Virus record (IMG/VR): IMGVR_UViG_3300027751_000014
Reading direction: 5' to 3' (one strand)
DNA: 64,000 bases
Origin: an uncultured virus (IMG/VR IMGVR_UViG_3300027751_000014)
Taxonomy: Duplodnaviria; Heunggongvirae; Uroviricota; Caudoviricetes
The notes below the pieces were generated by a model that saw only the letters and a program-made list of their open reading frames with translations, did not search any database and had not been told where the DNA came from. Shown in pieces: positions 46,124 to 56,469 of the stretch (position 1 is its first letter; each line of letters begins with the position of its first letter). A program made the position numbers and the translations under genes.

Positions 46124-47728
46124 ATGACAACATCTCAATTCGGAGCACACAATCAAATTAAGATACCGCCAGAGAGTACTGGGCCGGCGGTAACATCACT
46201 GTATGCTGTTTCAGTGGTATTAAATACCATAACAAACGGACCAATACTACTTAGGGAATTAGCAACTGGTAGTGGTAGTGGATATTTGGGTACAGTTGTA
46301 CGTTCAGATGGTGCTGTATCAGGTACAGGTACAGTTGGAATCATCGCAACAGATAATTCTCCAGTCCAATTACCTTCTGTAGGTGAAACCTTAACATTTG
46401 ATGGTATTATAACTGGTGTCGTGGTTTCCGTAGAAGAACTGTATACAAACCAAACGTCAATAGTAAGTGCAGACAATCCTTACCAGGGACAAAATATAGA
46501 CAATACTGGTTCGGCATTTGTCAGATTCCAAGATGGTAACCAACAGCTTGATGTGTTCGGTCTAACTCGTACTTCAAGTCCCAAAGTTGAAGATTCATTT
46601 AAATTCCAATACAGTAAAGACCACAGAGGACTAAGTGACATAATTGTTAGTGGCGGTAGCACAACATGGTTGCCAAATGAGGCGGCTGTTGATTTAGAGG
46701 TTGATGGCAATCCTGGTTCTTCAATAATTCGCAGGACTAATATTTTCTATCCGTATATTCCAGGCATGGGACGCGGTGGGATGATGTCTCTAGCCCAAGG
46801 TGATGCAGGCAAAACAGATAATGTACGCAGATGGGGTTTCTTTTCTGAAGAAAGCGGAGCATTCTTCCAACTAGAAGGTACAACGCTTTCTTGTGTTACT
46901 AGATCTACTACAACAGGATCAACCATTGATACAGTCGTTAATCAAACAGAATGGTCAGAAGATAGAGTGGATGGTTCTTCGGGTGTTTATAATAAGAGTA
47001 CAATGAATATCGATGTAACTAAGGCAAATATCTGGTCAATTGACTATCAGTGGTTAGGGTCAGGTATTGTTAGATTCTCAGTATACGGACCTGATGGTTC
47101 GCGAATAAATGTACACAAAGTTGAAAATGCAAATAACAACGTAAGCCCTTGGTGTGGTTCAGGATCGTTACCGTTATCAATTGAAAACACTAATACATCA
47201 ACCACATCGGGTCCAACATCAACAAAATTAATTTGTGCAATGGTGTATACAGATGGTTCTGATGTTGAAGATTCACACGAAGATACACATACATATGTAT
47301 CACCGCCAGTATCGCTTACATCCGGTAGTGGTGAAACGCTCATTGCTGCGTTTGATTCAGCCCCAACAATGGGTGGTAAAGTTAATAGAATTATATCTGA
47401 CGCTATTTCTGCATACTATGGATCTACAAATGAATTAGTAGTTTTTAGAATATATGCGGGTTCTACATATTCGAGCGGTACATTTAATTTAGCGACACCG
47501 GAGGGAGCTATGAGAGTCTCGCTGGATGCAGTTGTAGATGTGTCAGGACCGCTAACTCTTTCTCGTATTGCATCTGCCGGGCAAGGAGTAGTGTTTGAGA
47601 ACTCCAACGCAGAGGTATATCTAAATGCTGATGGGACTGCATCTCGAACAGTTACAATTACAGCAGAGAACTTAGGAGCCGGAACCACAGACGCTATTAT
47701 GAGTGTTACATGGGTTGACAGAGCATAA
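46124..47728 (+). CDS. Putative virion protein
   Basis: GATAAATA 46091; DYQWLGSGIVRF motif seen in phage structural proteins. Confidence 0.65.
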   Translation: MTTSQFGAHNQIKIPPESTGPAVTSLYAVSVVLNTITNGPILLRELATGSGSGYLGTVVRSDGAVSGTGTVGIIATDNSPVQLPSVGETLTFDGIITGVVVSVEELYTNQTSIVSADNPYQGQNIDNTGSAFVRFQDGNQQLDVFGLTRTSSPKVEDSFKFQYSKDHRGLSDIIVSGGSTTWLPNEAAVDLEVDGNPGSSIIRRTNIFYPYIPGMGRGGMMSLAQGDAGKTDNVRRWGFFSEESGAFFQLEGTTLSCVTRSTTTGSTIDTVVNQTEWSEDRVDGSSGVYNKSTMNIDVTKANIWSIDYQWLGSGIVRFSVYGPDGSRINVHKVENANNNVSPWCGSGSLPLSIENTNTSTTSGPTSTKLICAMVYTDGSDVEDSHEDTHTYVSPPVSLTSGSGETLIAAFDSAPTMGGKVNRIISDAISAYYGSTNELVVFRIYAGSTYSSGTFNLATPEGAMRVSLDAVVDVSGPLTLSRIASAGQGVVFENSNAEVYLNADGTASRTVTITAENLGAGTTDAIMSVTWVDRA

Positions 47729-47734
47729 ACTACC

Positions 47735-48349
47735 ATGCCAAACCTAGTTTATTATAATTATGAGTGGGCATATTGGCAGCTTTATCACAAAGTAACTTTT
47801 GACGGCCCAAATAAACTCATTCTCATAAATAAAGGCGAGACTGCTATTGATGTTAAGAGTGATATCTATAGTGCTTGGAAAGAGTGGATATGTAATCTTG
47901 GTCTGGTAGAACACCAAGACAACCCAGCGTACCTACAAGCAATAACAGCGATTGGTGGTGAGCCAACCCCAACGGGCAACATTGGTAGTACATTCTTCTT
48001 ACAAAACGGCTGGAAAATCAAACCAGCTCCAGGCTCATACCGCCTACTTATATCTGGAAACCTATTTGCTGCCGACGGTAGCAACGCATATGTCGCAGCT
48101 GATGTTATTTTAGGACAGCCAAATAACATTACGATCAATAGTAACACGTCTAACATTGTGGACCTTATCAACGCAGGCTTCGGCACATCACAAAGCACGT
48201 GGCTCGATGAGCTACACCAAATACACGGTTTGCGCTCCGGTGTGCCACTCGTTGTCGATCCAACAAGCAGAACCGCACTACCAGCTATTTCACAGACCAT
48301 CACATCCGCCGGCGGAGCAAACGATCCAGTAACCATAACGCGAGACTAA
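47735..48349 (+). CDS. Putative virion protein
   Basis: IYSAWKEW..FFLQNGWKI. Confidence 0.65.
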   Translation: MPNLVYYNYEWAYWQLYHKVTFDGPNKLILINKGETAIDVKSDIYSAWKEWICNLGLVEHQDNPAYLQAITAIGGEPTPTGNIGSTFFLQNGWKIKPAPGSYRLLISGNLFAADGSNAYVAADVILGQPNNITINSNTSNIVDLINAGFGTSQSTWLDELHQIHGLRSGVPLVVDPTSRTALPAISQTITSAGGANDPVTITRD

Positions 48350-48356
48350 TGCTACT

Positions 48357-49349
48357 ATGACAACATACTATGTAGATGGAGCAGTAGGAAACGACGGTAA
48401 CACTGGATTAGCTGAAGGCGCAGGTAACGCTTGGGCCACCATACAAAAAGCCGCAGACACAATGACCGCTGGAAACGGTTCAGCCCCATTCGATAGAACA
48501 TACGTAAAGGCCAGCACAACATACAGCGAAGACGTTGTATTGAAGGCTAACGCTGGCGTAGGAAACACGGGTCGCGGCATTGCTTTTGTGGGTTATACAA
48601 CAACGCCAAACGACAACGGAAAAGTTACAATAACACCTACTACTAACGGGTTTTATGGACTTACTGCGGGCTCTGGAAATCATATTCATAATTTTATTAT
48701 TGATGGTGCAACAGGCACTAGTATAGAATTTAATAGTTTAAATTATGTAAGAATATATAATTGCGAAATTATAAATGGTGTTGGTACTAATGCCTTACGT
48801 ATGAATGGAATAAGTTGTGCATTGGTTGATACTATTGTCGCATATAACACCACAACAACAACGTTGTCGATTAATAATTCGACTTCGTTAATATACGGTT
48901 GTACAGTGCATAGCAACACAGCCTCTAGTGCAGAAATATCAAGTGCAGGAACTATGCAATATTCTATATTTTATAATTCCTTAGGAACCAATACTGTTTC
49001 TGCATATATAGGGTGCGCCTACCACAATGTTTTTGATGGCTCATTAGATACTGTTGCAACTGCTATATATATGGGCGGCGCTGGTTGTGTTGCTTTTAAC
49101 AATATTATAACAGATTACAATTCTGGCATCTGGACAGCAACTCCAGCTGTAGTCACTATTGATTATAATCTTACACATAACGTGACAGTGCCGATAGATT
49201 GCACATACCATAATGTAGATGCAAATCACGATTATGGTATTGGTGCTCATAACGTTGTTGGTGATCCATTGTTTGTGGACAAGGCAAACCACGACTACCG
49301 CTTAGGCTCAGGAAGTCCAGCACTTAACGCTGGTCTAGGACACGTATAA
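48357..49349 (+). CDS. Right-handed beta-helix (pectin-lyase-like) protein
   Basis: TTYYVD..GND..G..AWATIQKA; DPLFVD..DYRL..SPA. Confidence 0.75.
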   Translation: MTTYYVDGAVGNDGNTGLAEGAGNAWATIQKAADTMTAGNGSAPFDRTYVKASTTYSEDVVLKANAGVGNTGRGIAFVGYTTTPNDNGKVTITPTTNGFYGLTAGSGNHIHNFIIDGATGTSIEFNSLNYVRIYNCEIINGVGTNALRMNGISCALVDTIVAYNTTTTTLSINNSTSLIYGCTVHSNTASSAEISSAGTMQYSIFYNSLGTNTVSAYIGCAYHNVFDGSLDTVATAIYMGGAGCVAFNNIITDYNSGIWTATPAVVTIDYNLTHNVTVPIDCTYHNVDANHDYGIGAHNVVGDPLFVDKANHDYRLGSGSPALNAGLGHV

Positions 49350-50485
49350 TGTCTACGGGCATTGGTTCATTTCCTACTGGCTCCGGCACAAGCATTGGTG
49401 CATCGGGCGCCTTACCACCAAGCACGTATTCGTACACAACATCCGGCGGTCTAACCGCTAGCGGCACATCAACCTATAGCTGGATATCGGTAACCGATCC
49501 TACGATTTACGTTTATCCTGAAGCAACAGGAGCAGGTGGCTTTGCATTAGCAGATTCACTAACCCTAGCCACACAAGGTGCCTTAGATTGGGCAACCCCA
49601 CTAACAGTTGGTGTACAAGGTGTCCTAGAACCGCTCCTAGTCCCAGTACCGCCAGGCACCGATATTACAATGGGTGGCACGGCTACGGTCGAAGCAGATA
49701 TTACGTATGACTCCTCTGGTATCATTATTATTAGCGGCGAGACGCTGGTTGCTATTACCAAGGACTACGTATCCACTGGCCCAATCATTATTGGTGGCGA
49801 TACACTAACTACTGCTACTAGGAACTATGACTCCAGTGGCAATATTATTATTGGTGGTGAGACACTAACCACTGCTACTAGGAACTATGACTCCAGTGGC
49901 AATATTATTATTGGTGGTGAGACACTAACCACTGCTACTAGAACCTATGATTCCAATGGCAACCTTATTACAGGTGGTGACACTACTGTTATCTTTACAG
50001 CAGGTGAAGGCACGGGTCGCGGCGGTAAAGGCACACCAGCTCGCAAACCAGTTCACCGTCGTCCAATACGCCACACCTATGTATACAGTTCTGAGGCGTT
50101 CTTCGAGAATACAATCACCGTCGGAGGTCGTTCACTAGTATCGTTCGTACCTGGCAAGTACCAATTCATCAAGACACTTCCAAAGGTACCAAAGACAGAG
50201 CCTGTTGGAGACAGCGAATTTATCAAGCTGTATAAAGATGTACAGCAAGCAAAACCAGTTACAGTATACTCCTATGAGCCTGACGGAATTATTAAGTTTG
50301 GTGGAAAATCCAAACAAGAGTTCTTTGATTTTGGTAACTTCATTATTACACACGATGACGATGTAATTATTTCGGACATCTTATCCTCAACTGAGAATCC
50401 ATTCCTCACGACCAAGTATGATATAACGTTAGAATCGCGCCGCCGAGATGACGATTCATTATTAGAAATACTGGAATTACTATAA
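49349..50485 (+). CDS. Putative virion protein with 20-aa tandem repeats
   Basis: YDSSGNIIIGGETLTTATRN repeats. Confidence 0.65.
   Translation: MSTGIGSFPTGSGTSIGASGALPPSTYSYTTSGGLTASGTSTYSWISVTDPTIYVYPEATGAGGFALADSLTLATQGALDWATPLTVGVQGVLEPLLVPVPPGTDITMGGTATVEADITYDSSGIIIISGETLVAITKDYVSTGPIIIGGDTLTTATRNYDSSGNIIIGGETLTTATRNYDSSGNIIIGGETLTTATRTYDSNGNLITGGDTTVIFTAGEGTGRGGKGTPARKPVHRRPIRHTYVYSSEAFFENTITVGGRSLVSFVPGKYQFIKTLPKVPKTEPVGDSEFIKLYKDVQQAKPVTVYSYEPDGIIKFGGKSKQEFFDFGNFIITHDDDVIISDILSSTENPFLTTKYDITLESRRRDDDSLLEILELL
49705..49990 (+). repeat. 60-bp tandem coding repeat (about 5 units, 2 near-identical)
   Basis: ACTGCTACTAGGAACTATGACTCCAGTGGCAATATTATTATTGGTGGTGAGACACTAAC repeated at 60-bp period. 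Confidence 0.85.
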
Positions 50486-50488
50486 AAA

Positions 50489-50512
50489 GAAAGCCCCAAT
50501 TAAGGGGCTTTC
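50489..50512. terminator. Bidirectional terminator between convergent genes
   Basis: GAAAGCCCC-AATTAA-GGGGCTTTC. Confidence 0.7.
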
Positions 50513-50535
50513 CATTATCAACTTAGCTAAGTTCT

Positions 50536-51156
50536 TTAGCTACCGATATCAGCTTCTGGATAGTCACCACGAGCGCCACCTAGTGGGGAATTGGTTGGCC
50601 ACACATATGTATTACCTTCAAAGGTTTTAACCTGGTGAGCATTAATAATACGTGCCGATTGGGTTGGTGGATTAGCAGCTGGTGCATCAGCAATATCAAC
50701 TGTAGCATTTGTATTTGCTGTACCAGCAGTATTAATTGAAACTGTTGCTAGTGAACCGTTAGCTACTGTATAGTTTATAGTACCATCTGAGGTACCACCG
50801 ATAGCCACGTTTGTGCCAGCAGTCCAGTAACCATAACCAGCCTCAGCAATCGCTACTGTTGCTAGTGCACCTGTTCCACCAGCGGCCGTAAACGTTACAG
50901 TAGCCTGTAGAGGTGTTACGGCATTTTCTGGTGTTACCAAAACTTGCATTTCACCAGTTGCTGCTGGGGTTGCATCAACTAATTTGCAAATTGCGGTATT
51001 AGCTGGTGTAGCAACTTCTGCAACACGATATTTGCTGTTTGAACGCTGCTCTACAATATACGATGTTACACTGCCAGCACCTACGTCAGCCAAACACACA
51101 ACTTCATATCCGGAGCCAGGAGCACCGAAAAACTTCTTATTTAATGGACGTCCCAT
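50536..51156 (-). CDS. Putative virion protein (MGRPL start)
   Basis: SD TAAGGA; GATAAATA on minus strand at 51264-51271. Confidence 0.7.
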   Translation of the reverse strand: MGRPLNKKFFGAPGSGYEVVCLADVGAGSVTSYIVEQRSNSKYRVAEVATPANTAICKLVDATPAATGEMQVLVTPENAVTPLQATVTFTAAGGTGALATVAIAEAGYGYWTAGTNVAIGGTSDGTINYTVANGSLATVSINTAGTANTNATVDIADAPAANPPTQSARIINAHQVKTFEGNTYVWPTNSPLGGARGDYPEADIGS

Positions 51157-51309
51157 TTTAATTTCCTTATCTTGTATCATAATGCGACATTGCATTATGA
51201 ATTGGTGGTCGTCTGCCTCGCGAAAAACAGGCTTACCAAGCAGAATTATTGCTTCTGCGCAGTTATTTATCAAGGAACGATAAATACATAGATAGATACA
51301 GACATAGGA

Positions 51310-51579
51310 GTGAAAAAGATGAAAGGATTAGCCGCAATCTTAATGTTACTCTTATCTTTCCCAGTTTTTGCGGATTACACGTACGATACAGGTGTAACAC
51401 TGCAAAAAGGACAATTTGTTGTAATTTCGGTTGACGGGAAGGATAAACTAGTGTATAATGTTGTTTTAGACGGTGAAAAATTGTCTTTAACAGTAGTAGA
51501 TAAAATGCAAGGTCATGTTATTACTGCAAGAATTTATGACAGTAATATAGATGTAATAAATACACTTATAATTAAGTAA
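51310..51579 (+). CDS. Secreted hypothetical protein
   Basis: Signal peptide; GATAAATA 51279. Confidence 0.6.
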   Translation: MKKMKGLAAILMLLLSFPVFADYTYDTGVTLQKGQFVVISVDGKDKLVYNVVLDGEKLSLTVVDKMQGHVITARIYDSNIDVINTLIIK

Positions 51580-51655
51580 AGGAGAATGCCACATGCTAAC
51601 TAAGCCCATGTAACGCCGTTAAGAGCGGCGGACAATTTGGGAATATGGAGGCACT

Positions 51656-52093
51656 GTGGAAAAGAGAGAGCAGAGAAGATACCTTACGACCAAGTATCAG
51701 CAAAAACAGATACGATTAGAGATACAATATAATCGTTATACGTTTTATGATCCGCGTAGACATTTGCGCACAAAACGAGCATTAAAATATCGTTTTTATT
51801 ATGATTTAGCTGGAGAGGGTGTAGAGGTTAATCGTTGGGAATACGACACATACGACGAGGTGTTCCCAAAAGAGAAAGTCGGCAGCTTCCGCAAACAATC
51901 GTGGAAATGCCCATGCAGACGATACTGTAGATATTGTTCCAACCCAAGGAAATCAGGCTATATGAAAAAAGCCGATTCTTTAACACGCCCTGAGGTTGTT
52001 GCAGAGCAGCAAATGATTGAAGATTTAAAAGAGTATAACACAGGAGGATACGATGAAGAGGTTTATGAGAGAGACCTTTCAGGGAATGACTAA
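51656..52093 (+). CDS. Basic hypothetical protein with CxC..CxxC.NPR motif
   Basis: SD GGAGG, GTG start. Confidence 0.6.
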   Translation: MEKREQRRYLTTKYQQKQIRLEIQYNRYTFYDPRRHLRTKRALKYRFYYDLAGEGVEVNRWEYDTYDEVFPKEKVGSFRKQSWKCPCRRYCRYCSNPRKSGYMKKADSLTRPEVVAEQQMIEDLKEYNTGGYDEEVYERDLSGND

Positions 52094-52329
52094 AGAAGAG
52101 ATTGCTGGTATAATAGCTGCGGCTGGTATTACACTTGCAAACGTATTTTTGGTGCTTTTCATACTGAAATTTAGCTAAAAAGATACAATTAGTCGGTGAC
52201 GTAAGTTACTGATTACCATACACATATTTTCGGGCCCTTGTAAGTCATTGATTTGCAAGGGCTTTTTGTTCTTGACATTTGATTCATCTTATCGTATAAT
52301 ATAGGTATGGTAAAGCAAAGGACATACAG

Positions 52330-52671
52330 ATGCCCGCACCGTTCAAGATGAAGTTTACCCAGTTTGACCACCACTTCACTGAGATTTCAGTGTGGAAGGG
52401 TAAGGACCCGCGCCCCGTCAAGTTTGGTGGCGATGCGTACTGGCAGTGGGGAATGGGCCAGGATCACAATGACCCAGACACACTTTGGCTTCTCAACCAC
52501 GGTGAGACGATTAACTGGGCGCAGCGCCTGCATGATGGATTGGAGGGATGGCATTCTTGCGTCCTCCATCAGTTCGAGGACGGATTTCTCTTTATCCTTC
52601 CCGAGCATCCTGACTACGCGCATGTTGAAAAGATGTGGAATGAGGCGCAAAAAGTTGATGGCGAGAGCTAA
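52330..52671 (+). CDS. Hypothetical early protein
   Basis: IHF box 52241 and promoter 52272-52300. Confidence 0.7.
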   Translation: MPAPFKMKFTQFDHHFTEISVWKGKDPRPVKFGGDAYWQWGMGQDHNDPDTLWLLNHGETINWAQRLHDGLEGWHSCVLHQFEDGFLFILPEHPDYAHVEKMWNEAQKVDGES

Positions 52672-52755
52672 ATTACTGATATATAAGGTGATTTAGTTCT
52701 TGACTTTTGGTTCATCTTTTAGTATAATATAGACACTGAAACAAAGGATACACAC

Positions 52756-53076
52756 ATGAGCGCACGTAGCGATTTACAGGACCGCCTTGAAGGCTTCCTA
52801 AACGACAATGGACTGAATGAGGTTTATGGCGTGTTAGGTGGAGGCGAGGCGACAAAGCTTGCTAATGGCAAGATGGTCCGCACCCTATCTTTTTGCAAAG
52901 CCCGCACCCTCGACGGCGAGGTGATGATTTGGGGACCTAGATATATTGTGGTCACAAGCAATCGCACTGGCACTGACATTTTTGACAGTGTTGAGGCTGT
53001 GGAAGCCTTTTTGATGGCACGGTTTGTAGACTGGGACGAAGCAGCGGCTAACGCTATTCCGAGGAGAGGAGAATGA
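52756..53076 (+). CDS. Hypothetical early protein
   Basis: Promoter 52700-52728. Confidence 0.7.
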   Translation: MSARSDLQDRLEGFLNDNGLNEVYGVLGGGEATKLANGKMVRTLSFCKARTLDGEVMIWGPRYIVVTSNRTGTDIFDSVEAVEAFLMARFVDWDEAAANAIPRRGE

Positions 53077-53387
53077 AGGAATTTCATTTGCTGATTGACG
53101 ACCTGCGCGAACCAGAGGGCATGGACGACATTGCTCGAACCAGCACCGACGCCTGTTTGGCACTTATGCAGCATGAGGGTGTGTTGACTCACCTCTACCT
53201 AGATCATGATCTTGGTGAACCTGAGGCAACAGGTTACACAATTTTGAATTGGGCAATCAAGCGCAATTTGTTGCCACCAAACGTTTACCTGGTCACGGCT
53301 AATCCCGTTGGTCGAGACAACATGGCACGGGCCCTTGAGAGCGAAGGATACACATTTACCAGAGGCTGGTACAGGAAAGAAGCATGA
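53073..53387 (+). CDS. Cyclic-phosphate-processing receiver-like domain protein
   Basis: IDDLREP..LDHDLG..TGY..W..TANPVG. Confidence 0.75.
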   Translation: MKEFHLLIDDLREPEGMDDIARTSTDACLALMQHEGVLTHLYLDHDLGEPEATGYTILNWAIKRNLLPPNVYLVTANPVGRDNMARALESEGYTFTRGWYRKEA

Positions 53388-53746
53388 GCAACATTACACT
53401 CTACCCAATACACGGCAGGAGAACGACCAATAAGGTTGCTGCGATTAAGGCTCTCCGTCAGTTAACTGGTCTGGGCTTGAAAGAAGCGAAAGACGCAGTT
53501 GAGGATGTAATGGCAGGACACAGGATAGAGTGTTCTGTGTTGAGTGGCTATGATGTGGAATCCCATAATTCAGAAGAATATAGGGTGCTGGAACAAGAAG
53601 GCATTGGGGCTGTTAGCCCCCGTGATGTGTTGGCACGGGAAGCAATCATCATTCCGTTGAAGGAATTAGTCAGTATGGCTACTTGCGAGAGTCAGTACGA
53701 GCTTGCCCGAGATATTTTGACCGTGTTGGAGAAACACGACAAGTGA
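53384..53746 (+). CDS. Ribosomal protein bL12 C-terminal-domain-like protein
   Basis: NKVAAIKALRQLTGLGLKEAKDAVE. Confidence 0.8.
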   Translation: MSNITLYPIHGRRTTNKVAAIKALRQLTGLGLKEAKDAVEDVMAGHRIECSVLSGYDVESHNSEEYRVLEQEGIGAVSPRDVLAREAIIIPLKELVSMATCESQYELARDILTVLEKHDK

Positions 53747-54042
53747 AAACTTTTTACGTCACGAACAAGCACTTACAATTCTTTGTGGAAGCGAACGAGA
53801 AAACAGAAGCAATTGCCACCGTGACTGGATTTGTAGACAAATTATTGTTCCAATCTAATTTGGGGAATCTTGATTACATAGAATTAATACCAAAACACTT
53901 CAATAACAACATACAATTGAATATGCATGATGGTTGGTCTGAACACGTAATTGACAAAAAATCCCTTGCTGCAACCGCGAGATTTGCGGCTTGTGAGGTC
54001 ACAGCAGTTCGAAATCTGCACAGAAAGTCGATAAGTAGTTGA
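53743..54042 (+). CDS. Hypothetical protein
   Basis: Coupled GTG start. Confidence 0.5.
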   Translation: MKTFYVTNKHLQFFVEANEKTEAIATVTGFVDKLLFQSNLGNLDYIELIPKHFNNNIQLNMHDGWSEHVIDKKSLAATARFAACEVTAVRNLHRKSISS

Positions 54043-54123
54043 TATATAAGGTGATTTAGTTCTTGACAAATGGCATATCTTCTTGTATAATGTAATTACA
54101 CACTGAGAACAGAGGAAGAAAAG

Positions 54124-56403
54124 ATGAAGTTAGAAGTCAAATCGACTCCCGTATTGACAAGTGGGCTGCAAACCCAAGGCGAGTTCCGCATCAAGAACTC
54201 CGCAAAGGCGTTTTCGATCCTATCCAGCGGCCTGTACTCCAATAAGTACCAAGCAATCCTGCGAGAGCTGGGCTGTAATGCTTATGACAGTCACGTTGCC
54301 GCAGGCAAAGCAGACGTTCCGTTCACTGTTCACCTTCCTACGAGGTTGAACCCGACCCTCAGCATCCGTGATTACGGTGTTGGTCTGGATAATGACGGCG
54401 TTATCAACATCTACACAACCTATTTTGAAAGCACCAAGCAAGACAGCAACGATTTTGTGGGCTGCATGGGTCTTGGTAGCAAGTCACCTTTCTCTTACAC
54501 GACCAACTTCAGTGTCACAGCCATTAAGGATGGCATGAAGCGGGTTTACAGCGCCTTTATTGGCGACCAAGGCATCCCAAACATTGCGCGGTTGACCGAA
54601 GAAAAGACAACCGAAGGCAACGGCGTAGAGGTGTCCTTCCCCGTAGAGCGCGACGATGTGCGCTATTTTGAACGCGAAGCACGGGGCGTCTTCAAATGGT
54701 TCAAGGTCACCCCAACTTTTGAGGGTGTAGATCTTACAGTAGAGAAGCAAGAATACTCGCAGGAAAACATTGTTCCTGGCGTGCATATTTTGAAGCCGGA
54801 GAGTAGCTGGAGCCGCCCCGACTCTGTGGCGGTTATGGGTAACGTGGCCTATCCGATCAACGCCAAAAACGCAAACCTCAGCAAGGAGTTGGAGAATGTT
54901 TACGACAACCTTGGCGTAGCGATTGAATTTGAAATTGGCGAACTGGACATTGCTGCTTCGAGGGAAGAGTTGAGTTACGTTCCGCTGACAAAGAAGACGC
55001 TGGAACGCAAGGGCGAGGAAATCCTCGCAGGATTGGTCGTCTACCTCGAAGAAAAACTGAAGACAAAGAAGTCCCCGTGGGAACGTGGTGTACTTTTTAA
55101 CGAATTGATGGCAACGAACGCGGACTTCTTTAGGCCAGCCATTATACGCTGGATACAGGACAACCCCAAGAAGGTTGACAGCATGTCTAAGATCGGTTAC
55201 ACGGACTATAAGGCAGGTATTGAGTACCCGACCCTTATCAAGAAGTTTCCTGATCTGAGGTTTGTTAGCAACCAAATCCACCACATCAGTTCACGCAACG
55301 GTGATGGTCTGCGGATGAGCAACAACGGTGCACAGTATTTTGAAAACACATCTGGTTGCCTCGTTTGGTGCCCAGCGGAGACGTATGTTGTTCTGCATGA
55401 TGGCGTTGGCGATGCTAACCGCAGGATTAAGGCGGCATATAACGCAAAAATGTTCCCGAAGATGCGCGGAATGGAATTTGTGGTTATAAAGCCCACTGAT
55501 AAGAAGGCTGATCCTGAAGCGGCGTTCAAGAAGGCATTGAAGATGCTTGGTCGTCCGCATGCAAGCCAAGTTTTTAGAACCAGCGACATGCCTGGAAACG
55601 TAAAAGGCGCAGCCGGCAAGATCGAGAGACAGATCGGTGTTTTGAATTTTGAACAAAGGGACAACGGTCGCTATGGTTCAAGGATGTGGACACTAGTTAA
55701 GGCAGAAGATGATTTTGCCGATCTTGAGCCGTCAGTTGATACGACATTCCTTTATGTGCCGCTGATGAATAAGACTATTGTTGGTGAAAACCACAGCTAT
55801 AGCGCGGAAGGGTTTGTAGAGACATACAAGGACGTAGTCCAGGAACTGTGTGGATTCAATTTGACAGACCACCTTTACGGTGTGTTGAAGACGTCCACAA
55901 AGGCTATCCAGGAAAAGACGGATTGGAAAAACTTCTTCGATTATATTGAAGCTAAGTTTGACAAGCTGGATTGGAACAAGCTTCGCAATGCTGCCCTGCT
56001 CGTAGAGAACAGGTCACAGATTATTGATTTGGTCGATTTTACAAATGTCTCAGTCAAGGCATTAGAGAATTATGTAGCGGTTAGCCCAAATACTTCTTTT
56101 GGACAGTTGGCTACTATGTATTTGGAGTGCCGCGACGCAAAGAAGAATGATGCCGCAATGCGGACCGCAGTATCCCGCTTCAATAACATCCTTGCTTCAA
56201 TGCGCAAGCTCTTCCCCAAGAAGAACTTTGACAAATATAGCCTGGACTCAAACGAAGTGGCCGTGGAGAAGTTGGTAGATAAGATAAAAACCAAATACCC
56301 AATGTTGAGTGTGGTCAAGTTGGGCAACGATTACTACAATCGCATTGGGAAAGACAAATGGCAACTAATGATTGATTATGTGAAGATGATTGACAACAGG
56401 TAG
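54124..56403 (+). CDS. rIIA: RIIA-like protein
   Basis: GHKL ATPase motifs (LYSNK..RELGCNAYD, IRDYGVG, GCMGLGSKS); followed by rIIB. Confidence 0.85.
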   Translation: MKLEVKSTPVLTSGLQTQGEFRIKNSAKAFSILSSGLYSNKYQAILRELGCNAYDSHVAAGKADVPFTVHLPTRLNPTLSIRDYGVGLDNDGVINIYTTYFESTKQDSNDFVGCMGLGSKSPFSYTTNFSVTAIKDGMKRVYSAFIGDQGIPNIARLTEEKTTEGNGVEVSFPVERDDVRYFEREARGVFKWFKVTPTFEGVDLTVEKQEYSQENIVPGVHILKPESSWSRPDSVAVMGNVAYPINAKNANLSKELENVYDNLGVAIEFEIGELDIAASREELSYVPLTKKTLERKGEEILAGLVVYLEEKLKTKKSPWERGVLFNELMATNADFFRPAIIRWIQDNPKKVDSMSKIGYTDYKAGIEYPTLIKKFPDLRFVSNQIHHISSRNGDGLRMSNNGAQYFENTSGCLVWCPAETYVVLHDGVGDANRRIKAAYNAKMFPKMRGMEFVVIKPTDKKADPEAAFKKALKMLGRPHASQVFRTSDMPGNVKGAAGKIERQIGVLNFEQRDNGRYGSRMWTLVKAEDDFADLEPSVDTTFLYVPLMNKTIVGENHSYSAEGFVETYKDVVQELCGFNLTDHLYGVLKTSTKAIQEKTDWKNFFDYIEAKFDKLDWNKLRNAALLVENRSQIIDLVDFTNVSVKALENYVAVSPNTSFGQLATMYLECRDAKKNDAAMRTAVSRFNNILASMRKLFPKKNFDKYSLDSNEVAVEKLVDKIKTKYPMLSVVKLGNDYYNRIGKDKWQLMIDYVKMIDNR

Positions 56404-56469
56404 TAAATACTACTTGACAACGGCACAATATGGTGCTATAATGTACACAATGCACACAGGAGAGTAAAG

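Noticed and set aside
49705..49990. CRISPR array
   Set aside because: In-frame coding repeats without unique spacers; the 16333 repeat has only two units; no cas genes
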